Both the position numbers and the translations under genes were made by a program. Below the pieces are notes generated by a model. The model did not search any database. It saw only the letters and a list, made by a program, of their open reading frames with translations, and was not told where the DNA came from. Shown one piece after another: positions 28,310 to 38,302 of a stretch of 64,000 bases of DNA (the first letter of the stretch is position 1; each line of letters opens with the position of its first letter). This stretch comes from Candidatus Latescibacterota bacterium (GTDB taxonomy: Bacteria > Latescibacterota > UBA2968 > UBA8231), in NCBI GenBank assembly GCA_964291625.2, contig OZ220089.1, positions 3,104,001-3,168,000 of the forward strand, given 5' to 3'.

Positions 28310-29255
28310 ATGCCGGCGGTCGAACCGTACGAGCACGGCATGCTCGCCGTCGGCGACGGCCACCGCGTCTACTGGGAGAGCTGCGGCCACCCGCAGGGCA
28401 AGCCGGCCGTCGTCGTGCACGGCGGCCCCGGCTCCCGGCTGCACGCCCTGGCAACGGGGGCTCTTCGACCCGGCCGCCTGGCGCGTCGTGCTCTTCGACC
28501 AGAGGGGCTGCGGCCGCAGCACGCCCCACGCCAGCGCGCCCGGCGCCGACCTGGCGTGCAACACCACCTGGAAGCTCGTCGACGACATGGAGGCCCTGCG
28601 CCGGCACCTGGCCATCGACCGCTGGATGGTGCTCGGCGGCTCGTGGGGCAGCACCCTGGCCCTGACCTGGGCCGAGCGTTTCCCGGAGCGCGTCACGGAG
28701 ATGGTCCTCTTCGGCGTCACCACGGGCCGGCGGGCGGAGTTCGACTGGCTCTTCCGCGGCGGCGTGGCCGCCTTCTTCCCGGAGCAGTGGGAACGGCTGT
28801 GGCGCGCGGCTCCACTCGCCGACGACGACCGCGACATCGTCGACGCCTGCCACCGGCTCCTCTTCGATCCCGACCCGGAGGTCCGCCGGCGGACCGCCTT
28901 CGAGTGGTGCCTGTGGGAGTCGGCCACGCCCGAGTGGCCGCCCAAGGCCGGGCTCGCGCCCCGGTTCGAGGACCCCGCCTTCGCCCTGGCCTTCGCGCGC
29001 CTGGTGACCCACTACGTCCGTCACGACGCCTGGCTGGAGGACGGCTGTCTGCTGAGCGGCGCGGGAGCCCTGGCCGGCATCCCCGGAGCCCTCGTTAACG
29101 GCCGCTACGACTTCCAGGCGCCGATCGCCAACGCCTGGGAGCTGAAGGAGGTCTGGCCTCGCGCCGAGCTGGTGATCGTCGACGACGCCGGGCACGCCGG
29201 CGACGGGATCCGCCGGGAGCTGAGGCGGGCCGTGGATCGCCTCTCCCCGGGATAG
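28310..29255 (+). pseudogene. pip: Prolyl aminopeptidase, split by a 1-nt insertion at ~28435 (frameshift or sequencing error)
   Basis: VGDGHRVYWE...HGGPGS, then other frame GCTPWQ...FDQRGCGRS, GGSWGS, GRYD, AGH. Confidence 0.8.
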
Positions 29256-29273
29256 GGCGCGTCACGGCAGATT

Positions 29274-31970
29274 CTACTTGAGCAGCAGCAGCTTGCGCGT
29301 GTCGACCCGGGTCCTGGCCCGCAGCCTGTAGAGATACACGCCGCTGGCGAGCTCCCGCCCGAGGTCGTCGCGGCCGTCCCACGTGACCGAGTGCCTCCCC
29401 GGATCCAGGACCGTGCCCAGCAGACTGCGGGTTTTCTGTCCGGCGAGATTGTAGATCGCGAGCTCGGCATCGCCCCGCACGTGGACCGAGAACTCGATCA
29501 CGGTCTCCGGGTTGAAGGGGTTGGGATGGTTCTGCTCCAGCCGGAACTCGTGGGGCCGGGAGGCCGGCTGCGTCACGGCGGTGAGCGCCGTCAGCTCGGT
29601 CAACGCCTGCAGCACCTGGATCCGCGCCTCGTCCGCCAGCGTGCGGTCGATCCGGCTGAGCCAGTGGGTCTCCAAACCCGCGGCGTCCAGGACGCCGGCG
29701 GGCAGCTCCTCCAGCAGGCGCCGCGCCTCCTCCACCTCCGGCCCGGCCACCCCCTGCTCCGCCGCCTTGCGGATCTCCCCGTCCAGCATGGCGAAGTACT
29801 CGTAGTCCTCCACCCCTTCGCGCACCGCCTCGAGCTGCTTGCCGGCCGTCACCGAGCCCTCGTCGAGAAAGAGCGGCGCGTACGAGTCCTTCGAGGCCGG
29901 ATACTCGTTCCACGATGATCCCCCGCCCGTGTCGCCGAAGGACCAGAAGTGCATCCCCGTCGCACCGTAGCGCCAGCAGGTCCACGCCGTCAGGCGGCCG
30001 GCGTACGGATCGAAGAGGCGCGTCGCCCACGCCGAGTAGAACTCCAGGGCGATCCCCTGGTCGCGCTTTCTCGCGTAGTAGTCGCGGTAGTCCTGGCCCG
30101 CTTCCAGGAAGATCTGGCGGTGGGGGGACAGGACGTGGCAGGCGTCGATCATCGCCTCCTTCGCCTGGCTCATGTCGCGGTGGTTGGGGTTCTCCCAGAT
30201 GCGGACCCCCGTCTCCGCCTCGCGGATCGCCCGCGCCCACGCCAGGATGCGCTCGTCATGTCGCGGCTCCCGCGGCTCGTCCACGAGGAGCAGCGCCAGC
30301 TGCTCAGGCTCCAACCCCTTCGCCTGCATGTGTCCCGCCCAGAACGTCACCCACTCCCTCACCGCCGTCGCGAACTCCGGCGTGCCCATCTCCCACGAGA
30401 GGAAGTGGGTGCCCACCTTCGCGAAGACGAGGTACCGGGCCGCGCCCGGCCACAACTCGAGCCATGCATCGAAGTGGTCCGTGTCGGGAGGCGCCGTCAT
30501 CGCCCCCTGCGCATCGTGGGTGCCCCGCGGCAGCGCCCAAGGCAGTCCCCATGGCGAGTCGACGAGGCGCTCGCGCAGGTGCCGGATCAGCGCCGGCCGG
30601 TTCCGCTCCGTCACCAGGCGGTGATGGCCGACCTGGTCCGTGTAGTCCCAGCCACCCAGGTGAAGGGACTGCTCCTGGGGGAAGTCGAGGGGATAGAGGT
30701 GCATGCGCAACGGTAAGCGAGGGCCGCCGGACTCCACGACGACCTCGCCCTCGTACGCGCCCGGCGCCACGTCCACGGGATGGAAGGTGAGCCACACCTG
30801 GCGGGTCATGCCCGAGGGTACGGAGACCGCGTACCGTTCATTCTCGGCAGAGATCTCCGGCAGGGCCGCCGCCACCGGCACCCCGGTGCGCGTGTCCGTC
30901 CAGGCCACCTCGTGGACGGTCACGTACGCCGGGTTGTCGCCCCCGGGCAGGCCGCTCAGCCGGAAGGGGACCTGCACCGGCTCGTCGCTGCTGTTGCTCA
31001 CGTTGAAGGCGGCGGCGCGGTATTCCCCGCGCATCAGGTGGACCTCGACGGCCGGTTCCGCCGTCGTGTCCGGGTTGCCGATGAGGGGCAGGGGATCCCA
31101 CAGGTTCGAGCGCCAGAAGGTGAGCGGCTCCAGCCCCCGGGCGCGCCAGAGCCGCGCCTGGGCGCGCAGCACGCGCTCGTGCCACGGATTGAGGGGCAGC
31201 ACCGCCCGGAAGTCGTCCCCGAAGGCCGCGCCGGCCTGGGCCAGCTCCTCCTCCACGGCTGCCAGCCCGTCAAGCACCTCGCCCCGCGTCTGCGCCGGGA
31301 CCCCCTCTTCCTCGGCCGCCCTCCTCAGGGCCTGCATGTCCCGCGAGAGGCGGGTCCGGATCCCCGCCTGGATGGCGAGCCGGCCCGCGTACGCCCTGAG
31401 GTCCGCGATCCCCGGCCCCGGCAGCGGCTCGTCGACCCACTCGGGGTCGCCCGCGTAGACCTCGATCTCGTCGACGAAGGTGAAGGGCTCGTTCCACACG
31501 ACCAAGCTCACATGGCGGCCGTGGGTGCGCAGCTCATCCGTCCAGTAGCGGTGCGTCCCGTACCCCGAGGCGGAAGGGGAGCCGTGTTCCGCGCCCAGCT
31601 CCACCAGGTCCCCGATCTCGTGGAAGAGCCCGTCCTCGCCGGCCGTGAAGATCCCGATCGCCAGGGGCCACCTCACGTCCGCCGATCCCCCCGCCGTGCT
31701 GAAGGAGACCCCCCGTATGGGCCTCACCGCGCCCAGGTCGATCGTCACGATGACGGGCTTCTTCTCCTGCCAGCCCACGGTCGACAGCTGGGTCCAGAAG
31801 TAGCCCTCCGTGTAGACACCGTCCGTCAGCTGCACGCCGTCGCCGTCGTCCGTGCTGTGCGCGTAGTTCGGCGCCGGGTCGAGGGTGTAGCTCGCCCCGA
31901 GGGCCACGTTCTGCTGGGCCCACGCGGGTCCCGCCACCAACCACGCCGCCGCTGCCAGGGCCCGGTTCAT
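29274..31970 (-). CDS. Secreted DUF4091/GH123-like protein with discoidin-like N-terminus and FlgD-Ig/T9SS-like C-terminal domain
   Basis: Signal peptide, LTDG...IDLG, DEP, EAVREGVEDYEY, QNHPNPFNPET...WDGRD...ASGVYLYRL. Confidence 0.7.
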   Translation of the reverse strand: MNRALAAAAWLVAGPAWAQQNVALGASYTLDPAPNYAHSTDDGDGVQLTDGVYTEGYFWTQLSTVGWQEKKPVIVTIDLGAVRPIRGVSFSTAGGSADVRWPLAIGIFTAGEDGLFHEIGDLVELGAEHGSPSASGYGTHRYWTDELRTHGRHVSLVVWNEPFTFVDEIEVYAGDPEWVDEPLPGPGIADLRAYAGRLAIQAGIRTRLSRDMQALRRAAEEEGVPAQTRGEVLDGLAAVEEELAQAGAAFGDDFRAVLPLNPWHERVLRAQARLWRARGLEPLTFWRSNLWDPLPLIGNPDTTAEPAVEVHLMRGEYRAAAFNVSNSSDEPVQVPFRLSGLPGGDNPAYVTVHEVAWTDTRTGVPVAAALPEISAENERYAVSVPSGMTRQVWLTFHPVDVAPGAYEGEVVVESGGPRLPLRMHLYPLDFPQEQSLHLGGWDYTDQVGHHRLVTERNRPALIRHLRERLVDSPWGLPWALPRGTHDAQGAMTAPPDTDHFDAWLELWPGAARYLVFAKVGTHFLSWEMGTPEFATAVREWVTFWAGHMQAKGLEPEQLALLLVDEPREPRHDERILAWARAIREAETGVRIWENPNHRDMSQAKEAMIDACHVLSPHRQIFLEAGQDYRDYYARKRDQGIALEFYSAWATRLFDPYAGRLTAWTCWRYGATGMHFWSFGDTGGGSSWNEYPASKDSYAPLFLDEGSVTAGKQLEAVREGVEDYEYFAMLDGEIRKAAEQGVAGPEVEEARRLLEELPAGVLDAAGLETHWLSRIDRTLADEARIQVLQALTELTALTAVTQPASRPHEFRLEQNHPNPFNPETVIEFSVHVRGDAELAIYNLAGQKTRSLLGTVLDPGRHSVTWDGRDDLGRELASGVYLYRLRARTRVDTRKLLLLK

Positions 31971-31986
31971 GGCTCGCCGCCGGACC

Positions 31987-32721
31987 TCAGTCGATCTGGT
32001 AGACCACGATGACGGTCACGGTGACGGTGAGCTCTCCCGGGAGCACGGGGGTGGAGGTGCGGGCGGCGTCGGCGAAGGCTTCCTCCTGGAAGGGGCTCGG
32101 CGGTCCCTGGAAGAAGGTGCTCTCCGTGATGGAGAGCGGTTCCCCCAGGGTGGTGCCGCTCGTCTCCGCCAGGGTCCGCGCCTTCGCCTCGGCATCCTGG
32201 ACCGCCAGCTTGCGGGCCTGGGTCTGCAGGGGCGTCGTGTCATCGATCATGAACTGGATGGAGTTGATGACGATGCGGTCCCCTCCTGCGTCGGCGGCGT
32301 CGTCGATGACCTCGCCGAGGGTTTCCAGTCTCCGCACCTTCACCCGGACCGTGTTGTTCACCACGTAGCCGCGAAGGGTGCGTTGCCCCTCGCCATAGTC
32401 GTACTGAGGATGGATTCCCAGATTCCTGGTCTGGATGTCCTCTTCGGCGACGTTGTTTCCCCGCAGGGAGCTGAGTACCGCGGCCATCGCCGTGGCAGCG
32501 GCTTCACGGGCCTCTGCAACGCTCTCCGCCTCGACGGCGACGCCCAGATCGAGCGTGGCCAGATCGGGTTCGCCGGCCACCGCACCGCTCCCGGTCACCT
32601 GGATGGTCCTCTCCCCGGTCTCGGCCGACATCACCTCCGAGCCGATGTTCACGTCACAGGCGGCAAGCGCCAGGATCAGCAACGGGCCGAGCACCCGGAG
32701 AGGGTCAATGCGTGTGTTCAT
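31987..32721 (-). CDS. SIMPL domain (DUF541) lipoprotein
   Basis: Lipobox LAAC; IQVTGSGAVAGEPDLATLDLGV, IQT, PQY, AVQDAEAKA, PGE. Confidence 0.88.
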   Translation of the reverse strand: MNTRIDPLRVLGPLLILALAACDVNIGSEVMSAETGERTIQVTGSGAVAGEPDLATLDLGVAVEAESVAEAREAAATAMAAVLSSLRGNNVAEEDIQTRNLGIHPQYDYGEGQRTLRGYVVNNTVRVKVRRLETLGEVIDDAADAGGDRIVINSIQFMIDDTTPLQTQARKLAVQDAEAKARTLAETSGTTLGEPLSITESTFFQGPPSPFQEEAFADAARTSTPVLPGELTVTVTVIVVYQID

Positions 32722-32775
32722 CGGTTCCTCCTGTTCGAGAGTGGATTCTCGGGGTCGGCGCCGTCGGTGGAGCGC

Positions 32776-34812
32776 TCACAGGCTGTTCTCGATCGCCGCC
32801 ATGATTCCGTCCGTATCTCGTACTCCGGACAGACGCTCCACGATCAACCCCCGCGAGTCCACCAAGTAGTAGGAAGGTATGGACCTCACCTGGTACGACT
32901 CGGCCACTTCCGCATCCCAGCCGCTTGCGCGCACGTGGACGCCCTTGATCTGGTGTTCGGCGATCGCCTCCCGCCACGCGGCCTCGTCCCGGTCGATCGA
33001 CAGGTTGAGGAAGACGACCGGCAGATCAGCCGCCTCCTTCTTGAGTCTGCGGAGATCGGGCAGGGCGCTGTAGCACGGCCCGCACCAGCTGGCCCAGAAA
33101 TCGAGCAGGACCACCTGCCCCTTGAACTGGCTCAGCGATACGGGCTGGCCGTGGAGGTCGTCAAGGGTGAACTCGGGCGCGGGTTGCCCGGGTTGCAGCT
33201 TCAGGGCCTTGTCCACGGCCGCCTGGACGGCCTCGACCAGTTCCGGGTAGGGATTGGCCGCCTGGAACTCCTCCCACTTTCTGTGAGCGAACGCAAACGC
33301 CTGGCCGCCCTCGAACCGATCGATCAACTCGCCGGCCAGGTACCAGTAGAGCACTCGCCCTTCCAGCTTCTCTCCGGCCAGATCGTATGTCCTCCAGGGC
33401 TGCAGCCAGGTCCGCGATCCCAAGTCGGCATAGAGCGAGTCGAGCCGTGCCCGGGCCGCCGCCGACAACCCCAGGCTCGGCAGGTCGATCTTCGCGGACA
33501 GCGCCAGCCGTTCGCGATGTTCGTACAGGGAATCGAGTTGGCCCCGGGCGACCCCTGACAGCGCCAAGGGGGACAGGTCCATCTTCTCGGAGAGCCTGGG
33601 CGGCTCCTTCCTCAGGGAGTCCAGTGGTACCTCGGGAGGCATGTGAAACATGATCCTTCCTCCCGTCGTATCCACTCTCGGTGCCTCTACGTCACTCGAG
33701 GAGGAGAAGGAGAATCCACGATTCTTGAAGAGCGAGTCGAGGCGCGCCCGGGCTGCGTCCGAGAGCTCCAGGATGGACAGATCATACATCTCGGAGAGCT
33801 CCAGGTATCGGCCTTCGGCATCGTACAGGGAGTCGAGGCGGGTCTGCAACGAAGCCGGGAGCCTGAGGCTCGACAAGTCGACCATTCTCGACAGAGCAAG
33901 TCGCCGCCCGTCTTTCCTGTACAAGGAGTCGAGCCGGGTCTGAATCGAGTCTGAAAGACCCATCGCGGCCAGGTCGTACATATCGGAGAGCCGGGGGTGC
34001 TTCGCTCTGAAACCCTCGTTCGACTCCCAGTACAGCGTGCGATCGAGGAACCTGCGATAGTCACGCACCCCCAGGGCCTTTTCATCGACCAGGGGGACTT
34101 CCTGGAGAAAGTCGAAGTAGTCCGGGGGGATGTCCTCGTTGTAGCGTCCGTTGACAGCCTCGTAGATCTCGGGATAGGAGATCATCTTCTCGGCCCACTC
34201 GTAGTTGACGTAGGCTCTCGCAAAGTCGACGAAACCCGGAGAGAGCGAGTACTCCTCTCTCCTCTCGTCGAAGAAGTCGAGCTGGTCCTGCCGCCGCTGG
34301 TCCATCCGGCGCCTGAAGTCCTCCACCTCGAGGTCCTCGTAGTCGAGGCGGAAGCCGTAGAATCTCGGGAACCACTCGGCGATGAACCGGCTGTTGTCCG
34401 CGTTGGGCCCGCTGAAGGCGATGGAAGGGCTGAAGACTCCCTCATCCACGGTCACGTGCAGACTGTCGCCGGGCTCGACGAAGAAAGCCAGGGGATCGTG
34501 ATCGAAGAGGACGGCTCCCAGCCACTGGACCCACTTCCATCTCGGCTCGCCGCCCACGTAACGCCCGCTGACCACCGTGCCACGGACGACGGGCACCTCG
34601 AAGGCGAAGCGGTCCAGACTGTCGAGCGTCACATCCTGGTCGAACTCCTCCAACGCGGAGGGCAGGTTGTAGGTGAAGACGAGTTCCCGGGAGACCGGGT
34701 TCCGGATCTCGCCGGTGACGATGGCGACTTGAGGCGGGCTCGGGCCTTCGCCAGCTGATGCACTGGATGCCATGAGCATGAGGATCAGGGAAATGCCGCA
34801 GGTCCGGGTCAT
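32776..34812 (-). CDS. Secreted TlpA/redoxin-family protein with internal helical repeats
   Basis: [31 protein letters not shown]. Confidence 0.8.
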   Translation of the reverse strand: MTRTCGISLILMLMASSASAGEGPSPPQVAIVTGEIRNPVSRELVFTYNLPSALEEFDQDVTLDSLDRFAFEVPVVRGTVVSGRYVGGEPRWKWVQWLGAVLFDHDPLAFFVEPGDSLHVTVDEGVFSPSIAFSGPNADNSRFIAEWFPRFYGFRLDYEDLEVEDFRRRMDQRRQDQLDFFDERREEYSLSPGFVDFARAYVNYEWAEKMISYPEIYEAVNGRYNEDIPPDYFDFLQEVPLVDEKALGVRDYRRFLDRTLYWESNEGFRAKHPRLSDMYDLAAMGLSDSIQTRLDSLYRKDGRRLALSRMVDLSSLRLPASLQTRLDSLYDAEGRYLELSEMYDLSILELSDAARARLDSLFKNRGFSFSSSSDVEAPRVDTTGGRIMFHMPPEVPLDSLRKEPPRLSEKMDLSPLALSGVARGQLDSLYEHRERLALSAKIDLPSLGLSAAARARLDSLYADLGSRTWLQPWRTYDLAGEKLEGRVLYWYLAGELIDRFEGGQAFAFAHRKWEEFQAANPYPELVEAVQAAVDKALKLQPGQPAPEFTLDDLHGQPVSLSQFKGQVVLLDFWASWCGPCYSALPDLRRLKKEAADLPVVFLNLSIDRDEAAWREAIAEHQIKGVHVRASGWDAEVAESYQVRSIPSYYLVDSRGLIVERLSGVRDTDGIMAAIENSL
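33430..33990 (-). repeat. Five 31-32-aa intragenic repeats (LSxxxDLxxLxLsxxxxxRLDSLY)
   Basis: Visible in the translation of 32776..34812. Confidence 0.85.
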
Positions 34813-34835
34813 GAGCTGGTCCTTTTGATGCCGCC

Positions 34836-36968
34836 TCAGCGCAGCAGCGTCATCTTCCTCGTGATGGCACTCTCGGGTGTGGTGAGACGGGACAGGTAGA
34901 GACCACTGGCCAGGGGCTTCCCCTCATTGCTGGACGGATGCCAGGGGACTCTGTAGGAACCGGCTGCCTGTAATCCGTCTACCAGGGTCTGCACCGGCTG
35001 TCCCAGGGCGTTGTAGATGACGAGCGAGACCTGCCCCGGCTGGGACAGGGTATAGCGGATCTCCGTGACGCTGTTGAAGGGGTTCGGATAGTTGGGATGC
35101 AGGGCCGTGGCAACGGGCGCCGAAGTCAGGGAGGAGAGAGACGTCTCCCTGTCGGAAGGGAGGATCAGGACTGCGCGCTCCACGTCCAGGAAGAAGGGGA
35201 AGTCCCACTCATACAGCCAGCCTTCCTCCCTGAGGTCGGGCCAGGCGGGACCTCGGATCTCCTCCAAACCCGTCCCATCCTTGTTCGAGAGCTGCAGGGT
35301 AAAGTAATACTTCCCCCAATGGCCAGCCTGGCGGGTCAAGTAGACCTTGTCATCGATCACATCAACGGTCTGGCCTCCACTCACCCTGTACAACCAGGTG
35401 GTGTCACCGGTGTCCACGTTGATTCTGTACAGCTTCTCGCTGTCCAGCACGTACAGGGATCCTTCCCGGCTGTCGATGTACATGTCCCTCGGTGGTCTGT
35501 GACGGTGCTTGAGAAGGAGACGGGGATCAGGCTTGGACAAGCTGTCCCGGTAGAAGTTCTCGTTGCCATCAGTGTAATAGACCCTCCCCTTGAGTGGATC
35601 GATCACCATTCTCTTGGGGCTACTGGCCCTCAGGAATTCTCTGACATTGGATCCGTCTCGATCGGCGCGCCAGAGCAGTTTGCTGAAGCGTTCCGACCAA
35701 TAGATCTTGTCGTCTGCAACAACGAGATCTTCGCAGTAGCGCACATTGGACACAAGGAGCTCGGGATCCGAGCCGTCCAGATTGGCCTGGAACATTCTGT
35801 CTGCATTGTTGTCCGCCCACAGGATCTTGCCACCCGGCTTGTCGACGAAGAGGCAACCGGGGCTCCTGAGCAACGGAGCAAAGACCTCCTCCCGGTCGGA
35901 GCCATCGAGGTTGCTGCGTTCGATGTTACCTCTGCGGTCTATCCAGTAGACAGTTCCCCTGCTGACGATGAAGTTCTCTATGGACCGCTCGGTTTCGAAA
36001 AGTCGATCAACTACGCGTTCCCCATCGGAATCGTCGATATCGGTTCCGTACACTCTTCTTCCATACGACCAATAGAGCCTCCGAGTCTCGAGATCAAGAG
36101 CGAGCTGGTCCGCGCTCCATTTCAGGAACAAGGAATACTCCTTGCTGCCGTCGTCCAGGAAACGCAACCTCCAGATGAGGCCGCGGGTATTCTTCATCTC
36201 CTCACTCTTTGCCTCGTGAGGATGGTCATTGATCCAGTACAAGGATTGCCCTACAGGATCAAAGACAGGCTCCGTCGCTCGACCGATCTGCTCAGGGCTG
36301 GCGATCCGGGTATGACGGGTGCGAAGCGTTGAGGGGTCATAGGGGTAGACAAGGCCTGAGTCGAAGACCAGGGCGCTGTCCACATCTACCATGTGGAGTC
36401 CGGTTATGTGGTCCGTGTAGAAGAGTCTGTGTTCCCGGCGGTCCAAGGTGAGACCGGTGGGATAGCCGCCGATGATCTCATCGTAGTTCATGTCCTTGAC
36501 CAGGGGGAAGACGCCTTCTCTCGGCCTGGTCCACTTGTCGAGGTGGAGTCCGAAGACCACGCGGGACGCCCAATGCTCGACGTTGCCGCGACTCTGGAGG
36601 AAGAGAGCAACGAACATGATGCGCCGGGCCGAGTCTATGGCAATGTGTGACCGCACGATTTCACGGTCGTAGGTCTGCGGGATCAGATCACCGCTGAACT
36701 CCTCCAGGCCGGAGCCATCCAGGTTGGAGCGATAGATCTTGGTTCCGCTGATCCTTCCATGGGTCCAGTACAGCTTCCCTTCCACCTCATCGACGGCGAG
36801 GCTGAAGGGCCATCTCTGGTCGGACTCGACGAGCTTCTCGACGCCGGTGCCGTCGAGATTGGCCCGGTGTATGCCCGACAGATTGGACCAGTAGATCTGA
36901 CCGTCGGGCTGGGAGAGGACGACATGAGCGCTGGAGAAGAGGATCAGCAGTATGGCCCGGGTCAGCAT
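34836..36968 (-). CDS. Secreted YWTD/LDL-receptor-class-B-like beta-propeller with FlgD-Ig/T9SS-like C-terminal domain
   Basis: Start MLTRAILL; repeated IYWS/LYWT and RxNLDG[ST]; NYPNPFN...SGLYLSRL tail. Confidence 0.8.
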   Translation of the reverse strand: MLTRAILLILFSSAHVVLSQPDGQIYWSNLSGIHRANLDGTGVEKLVESDQRWPFSLAVDEVEGKLYWTHGRISGTKIYRSNLDGSGLEEFSGDLIPQTYDREIVRSHIAIDSARRIMFVALFLQSRGNVEHWASRVVFGLHLDKWTRPREGVFPLVKDMNYDEIIGGYPTGLTLDRREHRLFYTDHITGLHMVDVDSALVFDSGLVYPYDPSTLRTRHTRIASPEQIGRATEPVFDPVGQSLYWINDHPHEAKSEEMKNTRGLIWRLRFLDDGSKEYSLFLKWSADQLALDLETRRLYWSYGRRVYGTDIDDSDGERVVDRLFETERSIENFIVSRGTVYWIDRRGNIERSNLDGSDREEVFAPLLRSPGCLFVDKPGGKILWADNNADRMFQANLDGSDPELLVSNVRYCEDLVVADDKIYWSERFSKLLWRADRDGSNVREFLRASSPKRMVIDPLKGRVYYTDGNENFYRDSLSKPDPRLLLKHRHRPPRDMYIDSREGSLYVLDSEKLYRINVDTGDTTWLYRVSGGQTVDVIDDKVYLTRQAGHWGKYYFTLQLSNKDGTGLEEIRGPAWPDLREEGWLYEWDFPFFLDVERAVLILPSDRETSLSSLTSAPVATALHPNYPNPFNSVTEIRYTLSQPGQVSLVIYNALGQPVQTLVDGLQAAGSYRVPWHPSSNEGKPLASGLYLSRLTTPESAITRKMTLLR

Positions 36969-37012
36969 GGAGAGACTCCCTTCCTCCCGGAGGACCGGAG
37001 CATGGGGAACCC

Positions 37013-38302
37013 TCAGTCCTCCACCGCCGGCTGCCGCCCCCCACTGTACGCGTCCCCCCGCGCCGAGTCGCCCGGCCAGAACACGCTCGACGGGTCCTCC
37101 TGCCAGAGGCGGCCGCACATGTTGGAGATGACCCGCCACTCGGGGGCGCCCATCTCCGGGTCCGGGTGGAACAGGAAGCGGCGGGCGCCGGCGCGCTCGC
37201 TGGCGGCGAGGATGCCGTGCAGGTCTCGGGCCCCCATGGAGTCGCCGGCGTGGGGGCTGCGCCCGGTGGAGACCCAGAAGATCGTCTTGTCGGGATCGCC
37301 CACGGCGGCCAGGGCGCGCTCGCTCTCGGCGAAGACCAGCTCGTCGAAGAACTCCTGGGGGAAGCCCAGCTCCATGTCGAGGAGGCTGTCCACCCGGGGC
37401 AGGTCGATGCCGAAGAGGGAGCGCACCACGAGCAAGGCGTCGGACTCGGTGAGGGAGGGATTCCAGCGGCACAGGCGCTGCACCCAGCGGGCCACGGTGC
37501 CGTAGAGGCCGTCGAAGCCCCGGTGCCAGTAGTAGTGCTTGGGGAAGACGATGTCGAAGTAGGAGGCCATTTGCTGGTAGTCCTGGCCCGTGAGGGAGGA
37601 GAAGGCGGCGGTCCGGGGGATGCCGCCCAGCTCGACCTTGCGGTCCACGGCGTCGATGTTGTCGCGCGCCTGGGCCCATGCGAGGCGCGACGACTCGCGC
37701 CGGGCGCGCAGCCAGTGGAGGGTGTCCTCGTCGATGTCGAAGAGGGCCAGGCCGGCCAGGGTGCCCGCCGGGGCCAGGTAGCGGACCCGGTCCGGCGTCA
37801 GCTCGTGCAGGCGCTGGCGCATGGAGGCGATGCCGCGGTGGACGCGGTCCAGGTCGGCGCCGACCTCGTTGAAGCGGGCCTCCTCGCCGGGGCGCACCTC
37901 GAGCAGCTCGCCGCCGTGGTGGAAGGCCAGCTCGTAGTGGTTCTCGCCGGGGCCGTCGATGATGAAGCCGGACACCTGGGGAAAGGCGTTGGCCAGGTCC
38001 TGAAGGGAGCCCTTGGAGGTGCTGGCGCCGAAGATGAAGACGGGCCAGCCGCGGCCGGCGGCATCGTCGAGCATGGCGTGGAATTGGCGCTCCTTCTCGG
38101 CGTCGACGTCGGGCGGGTCGGGCGGGCTCTCGCCGAAGCGCTCGTAGACCCGGGGGTCCGGCGTCCAGCAGGCGGCGCCGTCGAACTGCATGCGGCCCAC
38201 CACGAGGCCGCGCACGCCGCCGTCGTGCCAGGCGTCGAAGCGCTCCTTGAATCCCTCCATCCAGTACTCGAACGGGTTGTGTGCGAAGATCCAGCAGTTC
38301 AT
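37013..38302 (-). CDS. Conserved hypothetical protein (possible TIM barrel)
   Basis: MNCWIFAHNPF..., host-like codon usage, ATGA overlap with polB stop. Confidence 0.7.
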   Translation of the reverse strand: MNCWIFAHNPFEYWMEGFKERFDAWHDGGVRGLVVGRMQFDGAACWTPDPRVYERFGESPPDPPDVDAEKERQFHAMLDDAAGRGWPVFIFGASTSKGSLQDLANAFPQVSGFIIDGPGENHYELAFHHGGELLEVRPGEEARFNEVGADLDRVHRGIASMRQRLHELTPDRVRYLAPAGTLAGLALFDIDEDTLHWLRARRESSRLAWAQARDNIDAVDRKVELGGIPRTAAFSSLTGQDYQQMASYFDIVFPKHYYWHRGFDGLYGTVARWVQRLCRWNPSLTESDALLVVRSLFGIDLPRVDSLLDMELGFPQEFFDELVFAESERALAAVGDPDKTIFWVSTGRSPHAGDSMGARDLHGILAASERAGARRFLFHPDPEMGAPEWRVISNMCGRLWQEDPSSVFWPGDSARGDAYSGGRQPAVED

